DNA of 35,768 nt from Intoshia linei (Eukaryota > Animalia > Orthonectida), in assembly GCA_001642005.1 (NCBI GenBank), contig LWCA01000260.1, positions 1-35,768 on the forward strand, given 5' to 3'. The translations under genes were made by a program, and so were the position numbers. The notes under the pieces are model-generated. The model saw nothing but the letters and a program-made list of their open reading frames with translations. It was not told the origin of the DNA and ran no database searches. Below are positions 22,845 through 32,948 of the stretch, in pieces (the first letter of the stretch is position 1; every line of letters starts with the position of its first letter).

Positions 22845-24402
22845 TTAAATTGTATTTATTTGTTCAACATAACTATTCATTTTAATTCGAATTTCAGGAA
22901 TAATAAACAATTTGTGTTGTTTTTCAAATTTTTTGACATAAAACATACAATAATAATTATCTAAAATTAAAATAAAAATTGTAAAAATTATAAAAAACCT
23001 TGAGTGATATCAGTATTAACAATTTCTGACCATTCTCGTAACATATAAAAAAGGTGTTGAAAATTTTTATCTTCATTTCTTAAAAAATGGAAATAAAAAC
23101 TATGGAGGTATTCAATGCCTTCTCTAAAATAATATAAAAAAGATATTACAATAATGATTACCTTTGTTTCATTTTTAAATCAACGAGTGCCAATTCTTTG
23201 AAAATGTTGTAAATGCTAATATTCAAGTTTTTTCTCAAATATAGAGAACAGAATCGATAAAATGAACTTTTTTCAAAACTTTTAAAACTGGAATTAGTCG
23301 CATAACCCATCAAACGTTCCAACGATATGGTTGCATCAAATTGAAAATTTTTATCATACATAAAGTAATAAATACGCATTTTGGTAATGTCAGGTGATCT
23401 GTGAGGGTGTCTTTTCATAATCTTTTCACATGATACTGCCGACGGTTGAATGTATCCATACATGGATTTAGATTTATTTACAATCTTTTCATTTAATAAA
23501 GGCACTCGTTTGTCAGAAATTACGATTTGCATTTTGTAAATAAATTTTCTAGAGTTTCGGTTGAGTTTATGAGTCAGATTTTTATATAAATTATTAATTT
23601 CATTTTTAAAACTTGGAATATAAGGATTAATAAAAGTCAAAACACCATGAGGTTTGCTTGAATTGCAGGTATATTTGTGTAAATGTGTTTTTGCGAGAGC
23701 GCAAATATTAAATCTCGGGAAAAAGGACGAATCATACTCAGGGTTTCCTAGAGCAGCTTTTGAATGGGTTTTATAATTAATACTGGCTCTAACGTGCGAA
23801 AAAGTATCACACAATTCCACTTTCAAACTAAGTAATGCGGCAATCTGAATCAACACGCTTGTAGCATTCAATCTTGCAAACTTTTTAAAATTTTTTATCA
23901 ACATAATACTTACAAATCCCTCCTTATCCATACTATATTGTAAATATTTATCGGTAGAAAGATTATCATTGCTAAACCAAAAATCCATTTGATATATAAA
24001 AACGGAAAGTCTCTTTTGGACAGCCATATTGGAGCAAATGTACGCCAAAAGTTGAACGTATAGAAAGGGTAATCTTTTTGTTCCAGGGTAGAGGTAATGA
24101 ATACTGTATGGGTTTACATGATACGTGCATATTCCAGAATCTTCATAGCTTTTAACGTTTTTTCGAGCAGAAAAATTGTTGATTGTTTGAACAAAATGTA
24201 AGATGGAAGGATATATTGGATTTTTTTTTGTTGTCAATTGCAATAACTCATTTAGTGATAAATTGCTAACACTGTCATGTTGGTAGATTTGATTAGATAT
24301 TATTGTGTCAGGGTCAAATTCATTACGTGGAATTTCAGTGTAATCAAAAGGGTTAACAAAACCGTTCTCCAATCCATTTTCGACAGAAAATTGGCGACTC
24401 AT
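22845..24402 (-). CDS. LARP1: Divergent La-related protein, LARP1 family (La motif + DM15), ~493 aa, 3 exons
   Basis: Exons 23162-24402, 22999-23123 and 22845-22960 (two 38-bp GT-AG introns). La motif YQMDFWFSNDNLSTDKYLQYSMDKEGFVSIMLIKNFKKF. DM15-like FYRFCSLYLRKNLNISIYNIFKELALVDLKMKQREGIEYLHSFY...DITQDNYYCMF. AATAAA 18 bp after the stop. Start at the first in-frame ATG (24402). Confidence 0.82.
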
Positions 24403-24544
24403 TTGAATAAACTTGCAATTATTTTTCAAAATAATTTACTTGTTGAAACGTCTATTGTAATCAAATGATTATTAGCTAAATGAACATATTAGAATAAAAT
24501 CGAGCAAAAAAATGTATATTTACATGTTAATAATTTTATATAAC

Positions 24545-24870
24545 TAACCAATATCTAATCTCCACTAATCCACCGAAGAAAACTTTTTTAATTATACCAC
24601 AAAAACAAATTCAAGAATAAAATATTATATAAACATAATACTATTCACTATTACCAATCATTTAAAGGAGTGGTTGTCAAACTTATACAATGGACCGGAC
24701 CGGTAATTTGTGGTTTTGGTGATGAAATACTCAATTTCTAAAAATTAAAATTGCGATACAACATGACTCTCGAAAAACTATTAGAAATTGGTGTTTTTAA
24801 AAATTTAAGCCTCTTCATTTCATAAATGAATGGTAACAGACAAACAGAAATATAATTTTAGCTACATTAT
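24545..24870 (-). mobile_element. Helitron debris with an embedded Buster-like TIR
   Basis: 24590-24684 is an inverted match to 29165-29255. 24760-24860 resembles 16370-16490 (CATGACTCTC...ACAGACA.A.A.AATTTTA), a reversed Helitron-like 5' end. Confidence 0.5.
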
Positions 24871-25345
24871 TTTACATAAAGTAAGGATGAATAAGGATTT
24901 GATATTCAGTCTTTTGTGCACTTTTTAACGTTAAACTTTTAGATGTAAATAATAAATAATGTCATACTAACATGCAAATTATCATTATAATTGATATTGT
25001 CGAATAATTTATTCATAATTTAAAATGTACATTCAAAATAAAAAAAATGTCAAAACTGGTTTAAATTGAACAAATTAATGTTAAATTAATGGGTTAATTA
25101 ATTAGTTATCGATCAATAAAGTTTTATGCATGAAATCCAATATGAATTTTAAATGAAAATAAAATTACCTTACAGTTTCCAATTTCAATATTCCGTTGCA
25201 AAATGCAAAGACAAACTTGGCAGATTGATAAAAATGAAAATATTGTTTTTGTTGATATTGAACTATCACAATTTGGACATAATCATCACAAATACTGATT
25301 GTGATTGGGAAACTAGTCTAGTTACCGGACTCTATTAACTGCGCA

Positions 25346-25758
25346 CTGTAAGGCAATGAATACGTTATTATGTTATAATCCATGACAATGTTATACATGA
25401 GTTACATGATACATTTAATTGAGATATGACCATTGGTCATCTTAATCTATCTTATATTTAAATGATAATAAAGAGGGAACATTCAACTGTGTACGAAGAA
25501 AGTAATATGTTGCATGTTACTCTAATATTTATCTACTGTCTATTTAAAATTATAATTCATAATAATTATCAATCCTTTCAATACCGCCATTTATTGTATA
25601 TTATTTTATTTTATACTATATGTATATTTTTATGTATACATATATATTATCATTATTTTAATATGATTGTCTATTCATGCATAGTAATCATAACTTTATA
25701 CTCTCAATACCGCCATAAATATAGAAAACCCAAATGGCGGTATTGAGATGCCTTACTG
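25346..25758. mobile_element. pogo-like MITE (decayed left end)
   Basis: Right TIR ATGGCGGTATTGAGATGCCTTACTG|TA, partial left match CTGTAAGGCA, internal copies of TCAATACCGCCAT near 25578 and 25703. Confidence 0.6.
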
Positions 25759-26070
25759 TATAAATAAAGTTGTATTTTCATATCATAGCTTTATTTTTTA
25801 TGATGATACCCATTGGGTTTCACCCATTATGATATTTTTTGACACCATTGTGAACACCACAGCTTTATAATGTTAATTTTAATAGCTCACATGAAAAAAG
25901 TTCGGAATAGATACCTAAACTAGAAATTTTAATAATTATCATTTTGTTGATTTTTGAAAAAATATTCTAAAATATCACATAAAGCTCAAACACTCTGTAG
26001 ACCCCTATTTGGGAACCGCGTTAATTATCACATTATTTATCCCTTACTTGACGTCGATTTTATAGAGCTA

Positions 26071-27851
26071 CTAGCTTGACTGTTATGTACTACGTACAAA
26101 CAGCACCTATCTCTGCCTAGGGCAGATTTTTATAAAAAAATAAATTAATGTTGAAAATCTAACTTTTAATAATAATTTAATTTTTAATCAAAATGTTTTG
26201 AAAATGAGAATTTTAAATTTAAAAATTGCGAAGGAATGAATTATATAGATTTTCACCGTATTTCTTTATTGGAAATGTGTAGACGTACAATTCACATTTT
26301 TTTTGAAATTGTAGGATCAATATTTACATTTTCAATTTTTATTTTAATTGATTTATTTGAAAAATATTGGTTAATAATATATTAAAAATTATTTTTCACC
26401 GGGAATGCGTAGATTTTATGGGGTTAAAATTTTGTATTTATATCAACTGGAATAAGCTCTATCAGATTTTTTTTTTATTTTCAGACCATTAATTATTTCA
26501 CATTTTTTGTTTTAATAAAATATTTCGGAAAAAAATATATGAAAATTAAATGCTTTTTTTGACCGTGAAGTCGTCACTTATCGGATTGAATTTTTTTATG
26601 TGTGTCAACAGGATACAACTGTACCACCTGTACATTTTTTTAAATTCTAGGGCTGTTTTCATTAAAAAAAGAAGGGTAATTTGTGGTTTTGGCTCCTGAA
26701 GATATTTTTTATAAATTTAAATATATGATCATGTTTATGATTTTAAAATCTGCATCAGCGTATATATTTTTTAATTCTCCAACTCCAATTCAGCTTTAAT
26801 TGGCTTTTGGATAGATATTTGTAGTTTAAAATTGATGAATACAAAATTATCTATTCGGTTTGTAGAATATAATCAAGCACCAATGTTATTTTTGTTTTCT
26901 CGTTTTATTGTGGGATGTTCTTGGATTGTTTATTTTAATTCTTTCATTATATACATGAAGCTTATTTGTAAAGAAAGTGCTTTATCCATGATTGCTAAAT
27001 TTAAAGCTGCGAGTGTCAAAGAGTGGTATTAACTAGGATGGAAATCTTAAATACGGTGTACATTTAAAAGTATGTTTTTGAATGGAATGGCAACAATAAT
27101 TGTTATTTGGCTACCAACAAAATTTATAATCACATTTTTGCCAGGATTGATACCATTTAAAGTGGATGGGTTTATAACACATTACTTTGCATTTGATGTG
27201 ATAATTGCAATAACTATATGTTCATTACTTATAAAAGTGCGCATTTTACAAAATTTTCTACGATTGACACTAATTTGAACACTAATGGTTTTAAACTTGA
27301 GATAGGATATGAATAATAATTTTTGGGACAATCCTGATACTGACGAAATTTTTGAAAGCGAGGATGATAAAGTTGAAAATACCCACATATCTTTCAAGTT
27401 TTATCGAATTATTGGATTTTGGATTTTATTTTGTTGGAGCTTGATCTCCAATGTCATCTCCAATTGGAGTTTGATTTTCAAAAAGAGGGACAATTGGGGT
27501 TTTTGACCCGTAAGATGTGAGTTTGGGAGGTTGAAATTTATTTATTATATGCCCCGAAAAAAACTGTAATTGAAACGTGGTCTTTAAAAAATTCTAAGAG
27601 TGGTAGTTATTTCAATAAAGTTTTTGACCCGTAAGATGTGAAATTGGGAGGTTGAAATTTATCTTATTATACGGTTTTTGACCCTTAAGATGTGAAATTG
27701 GGAGGTTGAAATTTATCTTATTATACGCGGAAAAAACAGTAATTGAAATGTGGACTTTATAAAATTCTAAGACTGGTAGTTATTTCAATAAAGCGTAACA
27801 CACAGACACACACACAAACAAAAATCGCGTAGAATATTATATAAGTTAGGA
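26071..27851 (-). mobile_element. Non-autonomous Helitron with both termini, carrying a captured host gene fragment
   Basis: On the minus strand it starts A|TCCTAACTTATATAATATTCTACGCG..TTTGTTTGTGTGTG (alternative start 27856) and ends in the hairpin CTGTTTGTAC-GTA-GTACATAACAG followed by TCAAGCTAG|T. It sits between A and T with no TSD. Confidence 0.85.
26790..27456 (+). pseudogene. MARCHF6: Fragment of the E3 ubiquitin ligase MARCHF6/TEB4/Doa10 (TM region) with 4 in-frame stops
   Basis: One frame reads ALIGFWIDICSLKLMNTKLSIRFVEYNQAPMLFLFSRFIVGCSWIVYFNSFIIYMKLI...IVIWLPTKFIITFLPGLIPFKV...FKFYRIIGFWILFC. Recalled MARCH6: PLICGWWLDICSLEMFDATLKDRELSFQSAPGTTMFLHWLVGMVYVFYFASFILLLREV...LMLWLPIRIIKSVLPNFLPYNV...FPLRIFLLIVFMC. 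Stops at 27030, 27048, 27276 and 27303. Confidence 0.82.
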
Positions 27852-28669
27852 TAGGATATTCATTTGAGCCATGTATTGTTACAGAAATGTTATTATTGTT
27901 AGATGATTGTTAGATCAGCCATGTCAGTCTCCATGCATATCGAGCCTTACTTTCTTGTAATTTATTCCATTAACTAATATTATTTTCATTAGTGTTTGCA
28001 ACTTTCTTAACCTCTTTAAATAATATACGATTAAAACCTATCAAATGTCATCATTGGCAACGAATAAGGAGTGAATTTCGATTATTCGAAAAATCGTTTG
28101 CAATAATCGGAATATATTCCGATTAATGGGTTAATAACATTTAAATTTGACATTTGTTATAATGCATGAACTCGAAGAGTGAGTGTTAAAAATTTAGCAA
28201 ACCTTTAATAACCCTGTTAGCGTTTGCAATGCGCATTTTTGCAACATTTGCCATCCTTATAAATTTTTGTAATACTGATTCAACGGAAAATTGTGTTAAC
28301 TGTAGCAAGGAACTACTGTAATTAACTTAAATGCATATATTTGACTGCTTCGAAATCGACTGCGTTATTAATTTTATCATGAAAGAATTGTTAGATTTTA
28401 ACTAGTTTATAATAATCTATTCACTTTGATGCTGAATTAATCAAATCTGACTTTATATTCACATTCTGACTGTAATATACTCAAATCTGACTGTTGTCAC
28501 CTCTATTAAGGTCAAATTAATATTTATTTTCAGTATGAATTAGAGTTTTGCATTGGATCGTGTTGAGGTGATATGTACGAACGAAACGAAAATTTTTTTG
28601 TATGAAACACGAAATATAATAAATCCTTCAACACGATCCGAATCAAGATTAAAATCTTGTAATTTTATT

Positions 28670-29322
28670 TGCAATTTTTAAATTTTCATTTTCAAAACAT
28701 TTTATTTAAAATTTAAATTAAAGCTACAACTACACTTCTGTATTACTTAAAGTAATACAATTTTGTTATTATCATTTTTATATTTATTGCAATGCTTTGT
28801 AATATTGGTAAAATTCATCTGAAATATGTTTCTTAAGTGCTGATTCCGTTAATTATTAATACATAATTGGTATTTTTAATTATTTATTAAATTAGTAATG
28901 AATATATATGATCAAATTGAAAATGACAAAAAGGTTTTTACAATTTTATTTTTTCTGGAATTTATGCTATTTATGACATTTTTTAGGATTATACTGTTTT
29001 TACTTTATTTTTAATATTATATACACATATTGTCTAATAAATTTAAAAAATGGGATAACATTTTTTTTAAAAATTATTTAAACAAATATTAATAAAATAA
29101 ATTTAACGTGAAATAATTCACTTTAAAGTAAAAAGTAATGTGATATGACGGATCCACGTGTAACAAATTTGGGAACCACTTCTTTAAAGGATTGATAATA
29201 GTGAGTAGTAGTATTTTTAAGTTAAATTTTCTAATTGAATTTATTTTTGTGGTAAAATAAAAATATCCGCTCACGGCAGAACTAGGATGATGTTTGTACG
29301 AATTACATAACATTGAAGCTAG
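28670..29322 (+). mobile_element. Helitron family A copy (3' end present)
   Basis: 28670-29010 matches 8545-8885. Ends ATGTTTGTACGAATTACATAACATTGAAGCTAG|T at 29322. Confidence 0.75.
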
Positions 29323-29451
29323 TAATAAATAAAAATAAACAAGAAAATAAAAACTGATTAATGGATTAATACAATTTTTTAACCTACATTATTCACTAAA
29401 TGTTTTAATGGTACAAAACTTATTAACATGATGTTTTTTTATATTCCAATT

Positions 29452-29813
29452 TCAATTTTTTTGATATATATGTTTATCTCTTGAATAATTTTTTATTATT
29501 TCATAACATCTTTTGATTTCCGTCATTAGGGTATGAATTTGTTTTTGTCTTTCCCTACAAAATTCAGTATTGTTTCATTATATTATTTATAAATGACTTC
29601 AATTTTTATTATTATTAACAATATAAAATGTATACTGTACATTATATTTATATTATATCATTGTACTGTATAATATTTACAATATCAAATATATAACCAT
29701 GATTTTTTTTTAAGAGCGTCTGCAATTCGAAATTTCATTTGATCAACTAGTTTTTGATATTTTTCAATTTCACCGTCATGTATTCTTTTAATATCTTCAT
29801 ATTGACTGTCAAA
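29452..29813 (-). CDS. Two candidate exons of an unidentified coiled-coil protein (3' part or pseudogene)
   Basis: 29698-29813 and 29452-29554 join in phase 2: FDSQYEDIKRIHDGEIEKYQKLVDQMKFRIADALKKKSWERQKQIHTLMTEIKRCYEIIKNYSRDKHIYQKN*. Upstream exons not located. Confidence 0.4.
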
Positions 29814-30310
29814 CTAAAAAATCAATTACTAATGTACGAACTTGATAAAATTGTATGATTAGATATCAGTAGAATGTTAAAATAATTAGTTCCATTATGT
29901 AAATAATTATAATTCATGGTTCTGATCATTGTGTACTCGGTCACATTCGACTCCCCCCCAAATACAAAATCAACCCTGAAAATTTGAGTTTTTGTATGTG
30001 GAGATGTTATTCTGAGTTTAAAATTTATCTTACTTTTGAGCCGGAAAAAACCAACATAAAATTTTTGTTTTTTAAATAAATTGTTACACACAAGCAGATA
30101 CACATTTTTAACAACTTATATTTTGCATAGGTAAGGACAACATTTTAATATATTTTAAATAATTAACATTAAAAAAATTGTTAGTTGCGAATATGATCTT
30201 GGATACAGTGAAAAAATTTTTACATTAAAAGTAATAATTTGTAGAGTATAAGATCATAAATTTTTTTATTTGATGACAAAAGAATCCGTCCAAACATCTG
30301 ACGCGTATAG

Positions 30311-31584
30311 TTCTTATATAATATACTACGCTATTTTTGTTTGTGTGTGTGTTCCACTTTATTGAAATAACTACCAGCCTTAGAATTTTATAAAGTCCAC
30401 ATTTCAATTACAGTTTTTTCCGGGACGTATAATAAGATAAATTTAAACCTCCTAAACTCACATCTTACGGGTCAAAAACCCCAATTGTCCTTCTTATTGA
30501 AAATCAAACAAGTTGGAGAATTTAAAAAAATATATACACTGATACGGATTTTAAAATCATAAACATTATCATAAATTTAAATTTAAAAAAATTATATTTT
30601 CAAAGCCAAAACCACAAATTACTTTTCTTTTTTTAATGAAAACAACCCTAGAATTTCAAAAAATTTAAATTTAAGGATTGAGAATAGTGAATTGTAAGAT
30701 TTTTAAATTAGATTTTCAGCGTGAATTTATTTTTACAGTTAACCTAGTAAAATATAAAAACCGAATTTTTCAAATTTTTATAATTTTCTTCTTTTTGTAG
30801 AATTATTTTTTGATAATTTTCACTTTCTAATTGTAATTTAGACATGGCTTCTTTTAAACTGGTATTAGTTTTAATTTCTACATCGAGCGTTTGACATAAA
30901 TCTTGTTTAACCTAAAATATAGACATATGACATAAGTAATGTATAACAGCGCTTGTTAATCTTTTTTCACGCGCGACCCCATTTTAATTATGTAAAAATT
31001 TTGGGACACGACATCAAAATTTTACTTCATCAGATAATAACAATAATTATTATTATTAATGCAAATTTTATATTATCACTAGCTTTGCTGCTTTGTAGAC
31101 ATGCAGATGCACAAACCTTAACTTTTATATAAGTTAGGATGGATAATTTGTGGTTTTGACCATGAAGAGATAAGTTTATGAATTTGAAATTTTCAATATT
31201 TATGATTTAAAAAATTCTAGATTTCATTTTATTTTTAAAATAGGATGTGTAATTTTTAGTTTTTATACGTAAAAGGCTCAAAGATGGATGTTTTATTCAA
31301 TGTGCCTTTTCAATTTGACAGGTTTCAAACTTTACTTAGCTAGCTGAGGACCACAAAAGAGACAAACTGGTTTATGTTGATTATTTACTCCTTCAAATGT
31401 GAACCCGTACTTTAAAAAAGCATTGAAATTGAATTTAAAAATCCATGTTTATAAAAATATTTTCAATACAAAATAAAATAATTTATGTACAATGTCATTG
31501 AATGACAATTCAAAGACAATTTTTTGGGTATAATAAAAATGTGTCCTCGTGCTGTTTGTACGTAGTACATAACAGTCAAACTAG
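30311..31584 (+). mobile_element. Helitron family A copy (near-5' start to intact 3' end, mosaic interior)
   Basis: 30311-30660 matches 7765-8110. Ends GTGCTGTTTGTACGTAGTACATAACAGTCAAACTAG|T (35/36 identical to the 26071-26106 terminus). A reversed 5' end is nested at ~31100-31140. Confidence 0.75.
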
Positions 31585-31970
31585 TTATCTTATAATAAGT
31601 TTTTTGAAAATGAAAATTTATATCAATTGAAAAAGTCTATATCTACACATGAACGCTTAAATCCTCAGTAAATTAATTTAAAACCTGAAAAACAAATAAA
31701 TAAGCAAACCTTCAATCTTAAAAACATTGCACTGTTTAACATTGAAAAATGCAACATTACAAAAATATATAGTAGTGATGTTATAAACTTTAATTTTAAT
31801 ATTTAAAAATTTGTAGGATTTTGATCGTAGGGATTAAGAGATATAGATGATTAAAAATTAGACCATAATTTATATTAATATTCAGTTACTATGCTAAATT
31901 TCTGTGAACATTGCAAATAAACTTATTCAAATTAATATCACATCCATTATCTTATCCATATTTATCCAAG

Positions 31971-32948
31971 ATGCACTTTTGTAATTTTGTTTCAAGTAAT
32001 ATTTGCAATATGTGTGGCATTCTGTTATTAAAAAATAAAAAAAAAGTTAATCTTGCATGTAATCAAGATCGAAGACCATCATATGAAATAATATATGAAA
32101 TTTTCCAAAATTTTGAATCTTTGCGGACGCCCAAGTTTATCTGCCTGACTTGTTACAGGAGAACCAAATCAGGTATAGCTAGATTTTTTAAACCACGGAC
32201 ATGATCACGTGGATTATTTTTGTTATATTAATGAATCCAATATGAATCTCCAACATCAATCAAAATATAAACAATACCCTGAAATGCTATCTTCAACAAA
32301 ACCAATTAAAAAAAAATCTGAAAACGTAAAATTTAGTAAACATTCTCAGGAAGTGTAGCATCATTTTCTTCCAGTATCTTAGACACTAGAAAACCATGTC
32401 AAAGCGATTTAGATAGCTTGATTGTAGAATTAAAATTACCCAAAAATAAATCTAAAGTTCTTATAGATTTTTTCAAAAAGAGAAACCTTACTGATGGCCA
32501 AGTATTGAGCACATCACATCGAAAAAGAAATTATAAATTTGCATCATATTTCGAAAGAAATGTGGATATTGTGCATGTATCTAATTTTAATGGATTGTTA
32601 AACGAACTAAAAATAAATTATATCAGTAATGATTGGTATTTATTCATGGGCTGTTCCACAAAAAGCTTTAAAGCAATATTGAAGACTCAGTTCGAAAATA
32701 CCCAATCATCCCGTTAGCGTATGGAGTAAGAATAAAGGAAACTTACGATTTATTTAAAAGGGTTTTACATTGTATTAAATACTATGACCACAAATGGATG
32801 ATATGCTGCGATATTAAAGTTGCTATATTGCTATATGACTGTAAAGATACACCTTCTATTTTCACACCCAGAAACCTTTGCTAATAACTGTGGTTCATAC
32901 TCCAATGAACACGGGGAAAAATACCACCAATTGTTGGCGTGCTTTTAA
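31971..32948 (+). pseudogene. Degenerate, internally deleted Chapaev3-like (CMC) transposase
   Basis: Cys-rich N-terminus CNFVSSNICNMCG...PKFICLTC, then QSDLDSLIVELKLPKNKSKVL, DWYLFMGCSTKSFKAIL, YPIIPLAYGVRIKETYDLFKRVLHCIKYYDHKWMICCDIKV, NNCGSYSNEHGEKYHQLL. These follow the recalled Chapaev3 motif order (EWRLFIDSSKRSLKAVL, ICGDLKV, SDEQGERFHQ). Stops and frameshifts present. Confidence 0.7.

Noticed and set aside
26790-27456. Stop-codon reassignment to explain the in-frame stops
   Set aside because: All three stop types occur, the 1618-codon PIEZO exon has none, and intact genes end in TAA or TGA. Ordinary decay explains it.
26071-31584. 36-bp inverted repeat pair read as TIRs of one 5.5-kb transposon
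   Set aside because: Each copy is a hairpin + CTAG|T Helitron 3' end, a third copy ends at 29322, and there is no TSD.
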